Shown here one piece after another: positions 1 through 12,000 of a stretch of DNA of 64,000 nt. Position 1 is the stretch's first letter. The number at the start of each line of letters is the position of its first letter. The stretch comes from Eledone cirrhosa (Eukaryota). The DNA lies in NCBI GenBank assembly GCA_964016885.1, contig OZ024744.1, positions 129,456,001 through 129,520,000 on the forward strand. The letters run 5' to 3'. A program made the translations under genes and the position numbers. The notes beneath the pieces were generated by a model. It saw only the letters and a list, made by a program, of their open reading frames with translations. It searched no databases and was not told the origin of the DNA.

Positions 1-59
1 TTGGGGTTAAATTAAGTTGGGGTTAAGTTAAGTTGGGGTTATGTTAAGTTGGTGTTAAG

Positions 60-2440
60 TTAAGTTGGGGTTAAGTTAAGTTGGGGTTAAGTTAGGTTGG
101 TGTTAATTTATGTTGGGGGTAAGTTAAGTTGGGGGTAAGTTAAGTTGGTGTTAAGTTAAGTTGGGGTTAAGTTAAGTTGGGGTTAAGTTAAGTTGGGGTT
201 AATTTAGGGTCGAGTTAAGTTGGGGTTAAGTTAAGTTGGGGTTAAGTTAAGTTGGGGTTGAGTTAAGCTGGGGTTAAGTTAAGTTGGGGTTAAAATAAGT
301 TGGGGTTAAGTTAAGTTGGGGTTAATTTAATTTGTGGTTAAGTTAAGTTGGGGTTAAGTTAAGTTGGGGTTGAGTTAAGCTGGGGTTAAGTTAAGTTGAG
401 GTTAAAGTTAAGTAGGGGTTAAATTATGTTGGGGTTAAGTTAAGTTGGGGTTAAGTTAAGTTGGGGTTAAGTTAAGTTGGGGATAAGTTAAGTTGGGGAT
501 AAGTTAAGTTGGGGTTAATTAAGTTGGGTTTAAGTTAAGTTGGGGTTAAGTTAAGTTGGGGTTAAGTTAAGTTGGGGTTAAGTTAAGTTGGTTAGTTAAG
601 TTGAGTTTAAGTTAAGTTGGGCTTAATTTAAGTTGGGGTTAAGTTAAGTTGGGGTTAAGTTAAGTTGGGGTTAAGTTAAGTTGGGGTTAAGTTAAGTTGG
701 GGTTCAGTCAAGTTGGGGTTAAGTTAAGTTGGGGTTAAGTTGGGGTAAAATTAAGTTGGGGTTAAGTTAAGTTGGGGTTAAGTTAAGTTGGGGTTAAGTT
801 AAGTTGGGGTTAAGTTAAGTTGCGGTTAAGTTAAGTTGAGGTTAAGTTAAGTTGGGGTTAAGTTAGGTTGGGGTTAATTTAAGTTGGGGCTAAGTTAAGT
901 TGGGGTTAAGTTAACTTTGGGTTAAGTTAAGTTGGGTTTGAGTTAAGTTGGGGTTAATTAAGTTGGGGTTAAGTTAAGTTGGGGTTAAGTTAAGTTGGGG
1001 TTAAGTTAAGTTGCGGTTAAGTTAAGTTGATGTTAAGTTAAGTTGGGGTTAAGTTAAGTTGGGGTTAAGTTAAGTTGGGGCTAAGTTAAGTTGGGGCTAA
1101 GTTAAGTTGGGGCTAAGTTAAGTTGGGGTTAAGTTAAGGTGGGGTTAAGTTAAGTTGGGGTCAACTTAAGTTGGGGTTAAGTTATGTTGGGGTTAAGTTA
1201 AGTTGGGGTTAAGTTAAGTTGGGGTTACATTAAGTTGGGGGTAAGTTAAGTTGGTGGTAAGTTAAGTTGGGGGTAAGTTAAGTTGGGGTTAAGTTAGGTT
1301 GGTGTTAATTTAAGTTGGGGGTAAGTTAAGTTGGGGGTAAGTTAAGTTGGTGTTAAGTTAAGTTGGGGTTAAGTTAAGTTGGGGTTAAGTTAAGTTGGGG
1401 TTAAGTTAGGGTCGAGTTAAGTTGGGGTTAAGTTAAGTTGGGGTTAAGTTAAGTTGGGGTTAATTTAATTTGTGGTTAAGTTAAGTTGGGGTTAAGTTAA
1501 GTTGGGGTTGAGTTAAGCTGGGGTTAAGTTAAGTTGAGGTTAAAGTTAAGTAGGGGTTAAATTATGTTGGGGTAAGTTAAGTTGGGGTTAAGTTAAGTTG
1601 GGGTTAAGTTAAATTGGGGATAAGTTAAGTTGGGGATAAGTTAAGTTGGGGTTAATTAAGTTGGGTTTAAGTTAAGTTGGGGTTAAGTTAAGTTGGGGTT
1701 AAGTTAAGTTGGGGTTAAGTTAAGTTGGTTAGTTAAGTTGAGTTTAAGTTAAGTTGGGCTTAATTTAAGTTGGGGTTAAGTTAAGTTGGGGTTAAGTTAA
1801 GTTGGGGTTAAGTTAAGTTGGGGTTCAGTCAAGTTGGGGTTAAGTTAAGTTGGGGTTAAGTTGGGGTAAAATTAAGTTGGGGTTAAGTTAAGTTGGGGTT
1901 AAGTTAAGTTGGGGTTAAGTTAAGTTGGGGTTAAGTTAAGTTGCGGTTAAGTTAAGTTGAGGTTAAGTTAAGTTGGGGTTAAGTTAAGTTGGCGTTAATT
2001 TAAGTTGGGGCTAAGTTAAGTTGGGGCTAAGTTAAGTTGGGGCTAAGTTAAGTTGGGGTTAAGTTAACTTTGGGTTAAGTTAAGTTGGGTTTGAGTTAAG
2101 TTGGGGTTAATTAAGTTGGGGTTAAGTTAAGTTGGGGTTAAGTTAAGTTGGGGTTAAGTTAAGTTGGGGTTAAGTTAAGTTGCGGTTAAGTTAAGTTGAT
2201 GTTAAGTTAAGTTGGGGTTAAGTTAAGTTGGGGTTAAGTTAAGTTGGGGCTAAGTTAAGTTGGGGCTAAGTTAAGTTGGGGCTAAGTTAAGTTGGGGTTA
2301 AGTTAAGGTGGGGTTAAGTTAAGTTGGGGTCAACTTAAGTTGGGGTTAAGTTATGTTGGGGTTAAGTTAAGTTGGGGTTAAGTTAAGTTGGGGTTACATT
2401 AAGTTGGGGGTAAGTTAAGTTGGTGGTAAGTTAAGTTGGG
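60..2440 (+). repeat. Higher-order tandem duplication of about 1.1-1.2 kb (two copies differing by whole-monomer indels)
   Basis: Variant markers recur in the same order: GGGTCGAG (C at 211 and 1413, offset 1202), TTCAGTC (705 and 1826, offset 1121), GTTACATT (1228 and 2397, offset 1169). Confidence 0.85.
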
Positions 2441-3599
2441 GGTAAGTTAAGATGGGGTTAAGTTAAGTTGGGGTTAATTTAATTTGGGGTTAAGTTAAGT
2501 TAGGGTTAAGTTAAGTTGGGGTTATGTTAAGTTGGGGTTAAGTTAAGTTGGGGTTAAGTTAAGTTGGGGTTCAATTAAGTTGCGGTTAATTTAAGTTGGG
2601 TTTAAGTTAAGTTGGGGTTAAGTTAAGTTGGGGTTATGTTAAGTTGGTGTTAAGTTAAGTTGGGGATAAGTTAAGTTGGGGTTAAGTTAAGTTGGGGTTA
2701 AGTTAGGTTGGTGTTAAGTTAAGTTGGCGGTAAGTTAAGTTGGGGTTAAGTAAAGTTAGGGCTAAGTTAAGTTGGGGTTAAGTTAAGTTGGGGTTAATTT
2801 AAGTTGGGGTTACATTAAGTTGAGGTTAAGTTAAGTTGGGGTTAAGTTAAGTTGGGTTTAAGTTAAGTTGGGGCTAAGTTAAGTTAGGGCTAAGTTAAGT
2901 TGGGGCTGAGTTAAGTTGGGGTTAATTTAAGTTGGGTTTAAGTTAAGTTGGGGTTAAGTTAAGTTGGGGTTATGTTAAGTTGGTGTTAAGTTAAGTTGGG
3001 GTTAAGTTAAGTTGGGGTTAAGTTAAGTTGGGGTTAAGTTAGGTTGGTGTTAAGTTAAGTTGGCGGTAAGTTAAGTTGGGGGTAAGTTAAGTTGGTGTTA
3101 AGTTATGTTGGGGTTAAGTTAAGTTGGGGTTAAGTTAAGTTGGGTTTAAGTTAAGTTGGGGCTAAGTTAAGTTAGGGCTAAGTTAAGTTGGGGTTAAGTA
3201 AAGTTAGGGCTAAGTTAAGTTGGGGTTAAGTTAAGTTGGGGTTAATTTAAGTTGGGGTTACATTAAGTTGAGGTTAAGTTAAGTTGGGGTTAAGTTAAGT
3301 TGGGTTTAAGTTAAGTTGGGGCTAAGTTAAGTTAAGGCTAAGTTAAGTTGGGGCTGAGTTAAGTTGGGGTTAAGTTAAGTTGGGGTTGAGTTAAGTTGGG
3401 GTTAAGTTAAGTTGGGGTTAAGTTAAGTTGGGGTTAAGTTAAGTTGGGGCTGAGTTAAGTTGGGATTACGTTAAGTTGGGGTTAAGGTAAGTTGGGGTTA
3501 AGTTAAGTTCGGGTTAAGTTAAGTTGGTGTTAAGTTAAGTTGGGGCTGAGTTAAGTTGGGGCTAAGTTAAGTTGGGTCTAAGTTAAGTTGGGGTTAAGT

Positions 3600-6500
3600 T
3601 AAGTTGGGGTTAAGTTAAGTTGGTGTTAAATTAAGTTGGGGTTAAGTTAAGTTGGTGTTAAGTTAAGTTGGGGTTAAGTTAAGTTGGGGTTAATTAAGTT
3701 GGGGTTAAGTTAAGTTGGGGTTAAGTTAATTGGGGTTAAATTAAGTTAGGGTTGAGTTAAGTTGGGGTTAAGTTAAGGTGGGGTTAAGTTAAGTTGGGGT
3801 CAACTTAAGTTGGGGTTAAGTTAAGGTGGGGTTAAGTTAAGTTGGGGTCAACTTAAGTTGGGGTTAAGTTAAGTTGGGGTTAAGTTAAGTTGGGGTTAAG
3901 TTAAGTTGGGGTTAAGTTAAGTTGGGGTTACGTTAAGTTGGGGGTAAGTTAAGTTGGTGGTAAGTTAAGATGGGGTTAAGTTAAGTTGGGGTTAATTTAA
4001 TTTGGGGTTAAGTTAAGTTAGGGTTAAGTTAAGTTGGGGTTATGTTAAGTTGGGGTTAAGTTAAGTTGGGGTTAAGTTAAGTTGGGGTTCAATTAAGTTG
4101 GGGTTAAGTTAAGTTGGGGGTAAGATAAGTTGGGGTTAGTTAAGTTGGGGTTAAGTTAAGTTGGGGTTAAGTTAAGTTGGGGTTAAGTTAAGTTGGGGTT
4201 AAGTTAAGTTGGGGTTAAGTTAAGTTGGGGTTAAGTTAAGTTGGTGTTAAATTAAGTTGGGGTTAAGTTAAGTTGGTGTTAAGTTAAGTTGGGGTTAAGT
4301 TAAGTTGGGGTTAATTAAGTTGGGGTTAAGTTAAGTTGGGGTTAAGTTAATTGGGGTTAAATTAAGTTAGGGTTGAGTTAAGTTGGGGTTAAGTTAAGGT
4401 GGGGTTAAGTTAAGTTGGGGTCAACTTAAGTTGGGGTTAAGTTAAGTTGGGGTTAAGTTAAGTTGGGGGTAAGATAAGTTGGGGTTAGTTAAGTTGGGGT
4501 TAAGTTAAGTTGGGGTTAAGTTAAGTTGGGGTTAAGTTACGTTGGGGTTAAGTTAAGTTGGGGTTAAGTTAAGTTGGGGTTAATTTAAGTTGGGGTTAAT
4601 TTAAGTTGGGGTTAAGTTAAGTTGGGGTTAAGTTAAGTTGGGGTAAAGTTAAGTTGGGGGTAAGTTAAGTTGGGGTTAAGTTAAGTTGGGGTTAAGTTGG
4701 GGTTAAGTTAAGTTAGGGTTAACTTAAGTTGGGGTTGTGTTAAGTGGTGGTTATGTTAAGTGGTGGTTATGTTAAGTTGGGGTTAAGTTAAATTGGGGTT
4801 AAGTTAGGTTGCGGTTAAGTTAAGTTGGGGTTAAGTTAAGTTGGGGTTAAGTTAATTAGGGTTAAGTTAAGTTGGGGTTAAGTTAAGTTGGGGTTAAGTT
4901 AATTTGTTGTTAAGTTAAGTTGGGGTTAAGTTAAGTTGGGGTTAAGTTAAGTTGGGGATAAGTTAAGTTGGGGATAAGTTAAGTTGGGGTTAATTAAGTT
5001 GGGTTTAAGTTAAGTTGGGGTTAAGTTAAGTTGGGGTTAAGTTAAGTTGGGGTTAAGTTAAGTTGGTTAGTTAAGTTGAGTTTAAGTTAAGTTGGGGTTA
5101 ATTTAAGTTGGGGTTAAGTTAAGTTGGGGTTAATTTAAGTTGGGATTAAGTTAAGTTGGGGTTAAGTTAAGTTGGGGTTCAGTTAAGTTGGGGTTAAGTT
5201 AAGTTGGGGTTAAGTTGGGGTAAAATTAAGTTGGGGTTAAGTTAAGTTGGGGTTAAGTTAAGTTGGGGTTAAGTTAAGTTGCGGTTAAGTTAAGTTGAGG
5301 TTAAGTTAAGTTGGAGTTAAGTTAAGTTGGGGTTAAGTTAAGTTGGGGCTAAGTTAAGTTGGGGCTAAGTTAAGTTGGGGCTAAGTTAAGTTGGGGTTAA
5401 GTTAACTTTGGGTTAAGTTAAGTTGGGTTTGAGTTAAGTTGGGGTTAATTAAGTTGGGGTTAAGTTAAGTTGGGGTTAATTTAAGTTGGGGTTACATTAA
5501 GTTGAGGTTAAGTTAAGTTGGGGTTAAGTTAAGTTGGGTTTAAGTTAAGTTGGGGCTAAGTTAAGTTAGGGCTAAGTTAAGTTGGGGCTGAGTTAAGTTG
5601 GGGTTAAGTTAAGTTGGGGTTGAGTTAAGTTGGGGTTAAGTTAAGTTGGGGTTAAGTTAAGTTGGGGTTAAGTTAAGTTGGGGCTGAGTTAAGTTGGGAT
5701 TACGTTAAGTTCGGGTTAAGTTAAGTTGGTGTTAAGTTAAGTTGGGGCTGAGTTAAGTTGGGGCTAAGTTAAGTTGGGTCTAAGTTAAGTTGGGGTTAAG
5801 TTAAGTTGGGGTTAAGTTAAGTTGGTGTTAAATTAAGTTGGGGTTAAGTTAAGTTGGGGTTAATTTAAGTTGGGGTTAATTTAAGTTGGGGTTAAGTTAA
5901 GTTGGGGTTAAGTTAAGTTAGGGTAAAGTTAAGTTGGGGGTAAGTTAAGTTGGGGTTAAGTTAAGTTGGGGTTAAGTTGGGGTTAAGTTAAGTTAGGGTT
6001 AACTTAAGTTGGGGTTGTGTTAAGTGGTGGTTATGTTAAGTGGTGGTTATGTTAAGTTGGGGTTAAGTTAAATTGGGGTTAAGTTAGGTTGCGGTTAAGT
6101 TAAGTTGGGGTTAAGTTAAGTTGGGGTTAAGTTAATTAGGGTTAAGTTAAGTTGGGGTTAAGTTAAGTTGGGGTTAAGTTAATTTGTTGTTAAGTTAAGT
6201 TGGGGTTAAGTTAAGTTGGGGTTAAGTTAAGTTGGGGATAAGTTAAGTTGGGGATAAGTTAAGTTGGGGTTAATTAAGTTGGGTTTAAGTTAAGTTGGGG
6301 TTAAGTTAAGTTGGGGTTAAGTTAAGTTGGGGTTAAGTTAAGTTGGTTAGTTAAGTTGAGTTTAAGTTAAGTTGGGGTTAATTTAAGTTGGGGTTAAGTT
6401 AAGTTGGGGTTAATTTAAGTTGGGATTAAGTTAAGTTGGGGTTAAGTTAAGTTGGGGTTCAGTTAAGTTGGGGTTAAGTTAAGTTGGGGTTAAGTTGGGG

Positions 6501-8800
6501 TAAAATTAAGTTGGGGTTAAGTTAAGTTGGGGTTAAGTTAAGTTGGGGTTAAGTTAAGTTGCGGTTAAGTTAAGTTGAGGTTAAGTTAAGTTGGAGTTAA
6601 GTTAAGTTGGGGTTAAGTTAAGTTGGGGCTAAGTTAAGTTGGGGCTAAGTTAAGTTGGGGCTAAGTTAAGTTGGGGTTAAGTTAACTTTGGGTTAAGTTA
6701 AGTTGGGTTTGAGTTAAGTTGGGGTTAATTAAGTTGGGGTTAAGTTAAGTTGGGGTTAATTTAAGTTGGGGTTACATTAAGTTGAGGTTAAGTTAAGTTG
6801 GGGTTAAGTTAAGTTGGGTTTAAGTTAAGTTGGGGCTAAGTTAAGTTAGGGCTAAGTTAAGTTGGGGCTGAGTTAAGTTGGGGTTAAGTTAAGTTGGGGT
6901 TGAGTTAAGTTGGGGTTAAGTTAAGTTGGGGTTAAGTTAAGTTGGGGTTAAGTTAAGTTGGGGCTGAGTTAAGTTGGGATTACGTTAAGTTCGGGTTAAG
7001 TTAAGTTGGTGTTAAGTTAAGTTGGGGCTGAGTTAAGTTGGGGCTAAGTTAAGTTGGGTCTAAGTTAAGTTGGGGTTAAGTTAAGTTGGGGTTAAGTTAA
7101 GTTGGTGTTAAATTAAGTTGGGGTTAAGTTAAGTTGGTGTTAAGTTAAGTTGGGGTTAAGTTAAGTTGGGGTTAATTAAGATGGGGTTAAGTTAAGTTGG
7201 GGTTAAGTTAATTGGGGTTAAATTAAGTTAGGGTTGAGTTAACTTGGGGTTAAGTTAAGGTGGGGTTAAGTTAAGTTGGGGTCAACTTAAGTTGGGGTTA
7301 AGTTAAGTTGGGGTTAAGTTAAGTTGGGGTTAAGTTAAGTTGGGGTTAAGTTAAGTTGGGGTTACGTTAAGTTGGGGGTAAGTTAAGTTGGTGGTAAGTT
7401 AAGATGGGGTTAAGTTAAGTTGGGGTTAATTTAATTTGGGGTTAAGTTAAGTTAGGGTTAAGTTAAGTTGGGGTTATGTTAAGTTGGGGTTAAGTTAAGT
7501 TGGGGTTAAGTTAAGTTGGGGTTCAATTAAGTTGGGGTTAAGTTAAGTTGGGGGTAAGATAAGTTGGGGTTAGTTAAGTTGGGGTTAAGTTAAGTTGGGG
7601 TTAAGTTAAGTTGGGGTTAAGTTAAGTTGGGGTTAAGTTAAGTTGGGGTTAAGTTAAGTTGGGGTTAAGTTAAGTTGGGGTTAAGTTAAGTTGGGGTTAA
7701 GTTAAGTTGGTGTTAAGTTAAGTTGGGGTTAAGTTAAGTTGGGGTTAATTAAGTTGGGGTTAAGTTAAGTTGGGGTTAAGTTAATTGGGGTTAAATTAAG
7801 TTAGGGTTGAGTTAAGTTGGGGTTAAGTTAAGGTGGGGTTAAGTTAAGTTGGGGTCAACTTAAGTTGGGGTTAAGTTAAGTTGGGGTTAAGTTAAGTTGG
7901 GGGTAAGATAAGTTGGGGTTAGTTAAGTTGGGGTTAAGTTAAGTTGGGGTTAAGTTAAGTTGGGGTTAAGTTAAGTTGGGGTTAAGTTAAGTTGGGGTTA
8001 AGTTAAGTTGGGGTTAATTTAAGTTGGGGTTAATTTAAGTTGGGGTTAAGTTAAGTTGGGGTTAAGTTAAGTTGGGGTAAAGTTAAGTTGGGGATAAGTT
8101 AAGTTGGGGATAAGTTAAGTTGGGGTTAATTAAGTTGGGTTTAAGTTAAGTTGGGGTTAAGTTAAGTTAGGGTTAACTTAAGTTGGGGTTGTGTTAAGTG
8201 GTGGTTATGTTAAGTGGTGGTTATGTTAAGTTGGGGTTAAGTTAAATTGGGGTTAAGTTAGGTTGCGGTTAAGTTAAGTTGGGGTTAAGTTAAGTTGGGG
8301 TTAAGTTAATTAGGGTTAAGTTAAGTTGGGGTTAAGTTAAGTTGGGGTTAAGTTAATTTGTTGTTAAGTTAAGTTGGGGTTAAGTTAAGTTGGGGTTAAG
8401 TTAAGTTGGGGATAAGTTAAGTTGGGGATAAGTTAAGTTGGGGTTAATTAAGTTGGGTTTAAGTTAAGTTGGGGTTAAGTTAAGTTGGGGTTAAGTTAAG
8501 TTCGGGTTAAGTTAAGTTGGTTAGTTAAGTTGAGTTTAAGTTAAGTTGGGGTTAATTTAAGTTGGGGTTAAGTTAAGTTGGGGTTAATTTAAGTTGGGGT
8601 TAAGTTAAGTTGGGGTTAAGTTAAGTTGGGGTTCAGTTAAGTTGGGGTTAAGTTAAGTTGGGGTTAAGTTGGGGTAAAATTAAGTTGGGGTTAAGTTAAG
8701 TTGGGGTTAAGTTAAGTTGGGGTTAAGTTAAGTTGCGGTTAAGTTAAGTTGAGGTTAAGTTAAGTTGGAGTTAAGTTAAGTTGGGGTTAAGTTAAGTTGG
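3600..8800 (+). repeat. Duplicated block with about 3.43-3.45 kb offset (about 3600-5330 vs about 7100-8800), overlapping the 1280-bp duplication
   Basis: TAAGATAAG after TTCAATTAAG at 4121 and 7555 (offset 3434). AACTTAAGTTGGGGTTGTG at 4721 and 8175 (offset 3454). Confidence 0.75.
4570..7130 (+). repeat. Near-perfect tandem duplication, period 1280 bp
   Basis: AACTTAAGTTGGGGTTGTG at 4721 and 6001, TTGGAG at 5311 and 6591, TACGTTAAGTTCGGG at 5701 and 6981. All three offsets are 1280. Confidence 0.92.
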
Positions 8801-9099
8801 GGTTAAGTTAAGTTGGGGATAAGTTAAGTTGAGGATAAGTTAAGTTGGGGTTAATTAAGTTGGCTTTAAGTTAAGTTGGGGTTAAGTTAAGTTGGGGTTA
8901 AGATAAGTTGGTTAGTTAAGTTGAGTTTAAGTTAAGTTGGGGTTAATTTAAGTTGGGGTTAAGTTAAGTTGGGGTTAAGTTAAGTTGGGGTTAAGATAAG
9001 TTGGGGTTCAGTTAAGTTGGGGTTAAGTTGGGGTAAAATTAAGTTGGGGTTAAGTTAAGTTGCGGTTAAGTTAAGTTGAGGTTAAGTTAAGTTGGGGTT

Positions 9100-12000
9100 A
9101 AGTTAAGTTGGGGTTAAGTTAAGTTGGGGCTAAGTTAAGTTGGAGCTAAGTTAAGTTGGGGCTAAGTTAAGTTGGGGTTAAGTTAAGTTGGGGTTAAGTT
9201 AAGGTGGGGTTAAGTTAAGTTGGGGTCAACTTAAGTTGGGGTTAATTTAAGTTGGGGTTAACTTAAGTTGGGGTTAAGCTAAGTTGGGGTTAAGTTAAGT
9301 TGGGGTTAAGTTAAGTTGGGGTTACGTTAAGTTGGGGGTAAGTTAAGTTGGTGGTAAGTTAAGTTGGGGGTAAGTTAAGATGGGGTTAAGTTAAGTTGGG
9401 GTTAATTTAATTTGGGGTTAAGTTAAGTTAGGGTTAAGTTAAGTTGGGGTTGATTTAAGTTGGGGTTAAGTTAAGTTGGGGTTATGTTAAGTTGGGGTTA
9501 AGTTAAGTTGGGGTTAAGTTAAGTTGGGGTTCAATTAAGTTGCGGTTAATTTAAGTTGGGGTTAAGTTAAGTTGGGGTTAAGTTAAGATGGGGTTAAGTT
9601 AGGTTGGTGTTAATTTAAGTTGGGGGTAAGTTAAGTTGGGGGTAAGTTAAGTTGGTGTTAAGTTAAGTTGGGGTTAAGTTAAGTTGGGGTTAAGTTAAGT
9701 TGGGGTTAAGGTAGGGTCGAGTTAAGTTGGGGTTAAGTTAAGTTGGGGTTAAGTTAAGTTGGGGTTGAGTTAAGCTGGGGTTAAGTTAAGTTGGGGTTAA
9801 AATAAGTTGGGGTTAAGTTAAGTTGGGGTTAATTTAATTTGTGGTTAAGTTAAGTTGGGGTTAAGTTAAGTTGGGGTTGAGTTAAGCTGGGGTTAAGTTA
9901 AGTTGAGGTTAAAGTTAAGTAGGGGTTAAATTATGTTGGGGTTAAGTTAAGTTGGGGTTAAGTTAAGTTGGGGTTAAGTTAAGTTGGGGATAAGTTAAGT
10001 TGGGGATAAGTTAAGTTGGGGTTAATTAAGTTGGGTTTAAGTTAAGTTGGGGTTAAGTTAAGTTGGGGTTAAGTTAAGTTGGGGTTAAGTTAAGTTGGTT
10101 AGTTAAATTGAGTTTAAGTTAAGTTGGGCTTAATTTAAGTTGGGGTTAAGTTAAGTTGGGGTTAAGTTAAGTTGGGGTTAAGTTAAGTTGGGGTTAAGTT
10201 AAGTTGGGGTTCAGTCAAGTTGGGGTTAAGTTAAGTTGGGGTTAAGTTGGGGTAAAATTAAGTTGGGGTTAAGTTAAGTTGGGGTTAAGTTAAGTTGGGG
10301 TTAAGTTAAGTTGGGGTTTAGTTAAGTTGCGGTTAAGTTAAGTTGAGGTTAAGTTAAGTTGGGGTTAAGTTAGGTTGGGGTTAATTTAAGTTGGGACTAA
10401 GTTAAGTTGGGACTAAGTTAAGTTGGGGCTAAGTTAAGTTGGGGTTAAGTTAACTTTGGGTTAAGTTAAGTTGGGTTTGAGTTAAGTTGGGGTTAATTAA
10501 GTTGGGGTTAAGTTAAGTTGGGGTTAAGTTAAGTTGGGGTTAAGTTAAGTTGGGGTTAAGTTAAGTTGCGGTTAAGTTAAGTTGATGTTAAGTTAAGTTG
10601 GGGTTAAGTTAAGTTGGGGTTAAGTTAAGTTGGGGCTAAGTTAAGTTGGGGCTAAGTTAAGTTGGGGCTAAGTTAAGTTGGGGTTAAGTTAAGGTGGGGT
10701 TAAGTTAAGTTGGGGTCAACTTAAGTTGGGGTTAAGTTATGTTGGGGTTAAGTTAAGTTGGGGTTAAGTTAAGTTGGGGTTACATTAAGTTGGGGGTAAG
10801 TTAAGTTGGTGGTAAGTTAAGTTGGGGGTAAGTTAAGATGGGGTTAAGTTAAGTTGGGGTTAATTTAATTTGGGGTTAAGTTAAGTTAGGGTTAAGTTAA
10901 GTTGGGGTTATGTTAAGTTGGGGTTAAGTTAAGTTGGGGTTAAGTTAAGTTGGGGTTCAATTAAGTTGCGGTTAATTTAAGTTGGGTTTAAGTTAAGTTG
11001 GGGTTAAGTTAAGTTGGGGTTATGTTAAGTTGGTGTTAAGTTAAGTTGGGGATAAGTTAAGTTGGGGTTAAGTTAAGTTGGGGTTAAGTTAGGTTGGTGT
11101 TAAGTTAAGTTGGCGGTAAGTTAAGTTGGGTGTAAGTTAAGTTGGGGTTAAGTTAAGTTGGGGCTAAGTTAAGTTGGAGCTAAGTTAAGTTGGGGCTAAG
11201 TTAAGTTGGGGTTAAGTTAAGTTGGGGTTAAGTTAAGGTGGGGTTAAGTTAAGTTGGGGTCAACTTAAGTTGGGGTTAATTTAAGTTGGGGTTAACTTAA
11301 GTTGGGGTTAAGCTAAGTTGGGGTTAAGTTAAGTTGGGGTTAAGTTAAGTTGGGGTTACGTTAAGTTGGGGGTAAGTTAAGTTGGTGGTAAGTTAAGTTG
11401 GGGGTAAGTTAAGATGGGGTTAAGTTAAGTTGGGGTTAATTTAATTTGGGGTTAAGTTAAGTTAGGGTTAAGTTAAGTTGGGGTTGAGTTAAGTTGGGGT
11501 TAAGTTAAGTTGGGGTTATGTTAAGTTGGGGTTAAGTTAAGTTGGGGTTAAGTTAAGTTGGGGTTCAATTAAGTTGCGGTTAATTTAAGTTGGGGTTAAG
11601 TTAAGTTGGGGTTAAGTTAAGATGGGGTTAAGTTAAGTTGGGGTTATGTTAAGTTGGTGTTAAGTTAAGTTGGGGTTAAGTTAAGTTGGGGTTAAGTTAG
11701 GTTGGTGTTAATTTAAGTTGGGGGTAAGTTAAGTTGGGGGTAAGTTAAGTTGGTGTTAAGTTAAGTTGGGGTTAAGTTAAGTTGGGGTTAAGTTAAGTTG
11801 GGGTTAAGGTAGGGTCGAGTTAAGTTGGGGTTAAGTTAAGTTGGGGTTAAGTTAAGTTGGGGTTGAGTTAAGCTGGGGTTAAGTTAAGTTGGGGTTAAAA
11901 TAAGTTGGGGTTAAGTTAAGTTGGGGTTAATTTAATTTGTGGTTAAGTTAAGTTGGGGTTAAGTTAAGTTGGGGTTGAGTTAAGCTGGGGTTAAGTTAAG

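Noticed and set aside
2500-2505. Canonical TTAGGG vertebrate-type telomere repeat
   Set aside because: It occurs only as isolated single-base variants of the TTGGGG subunit, never in tandem.
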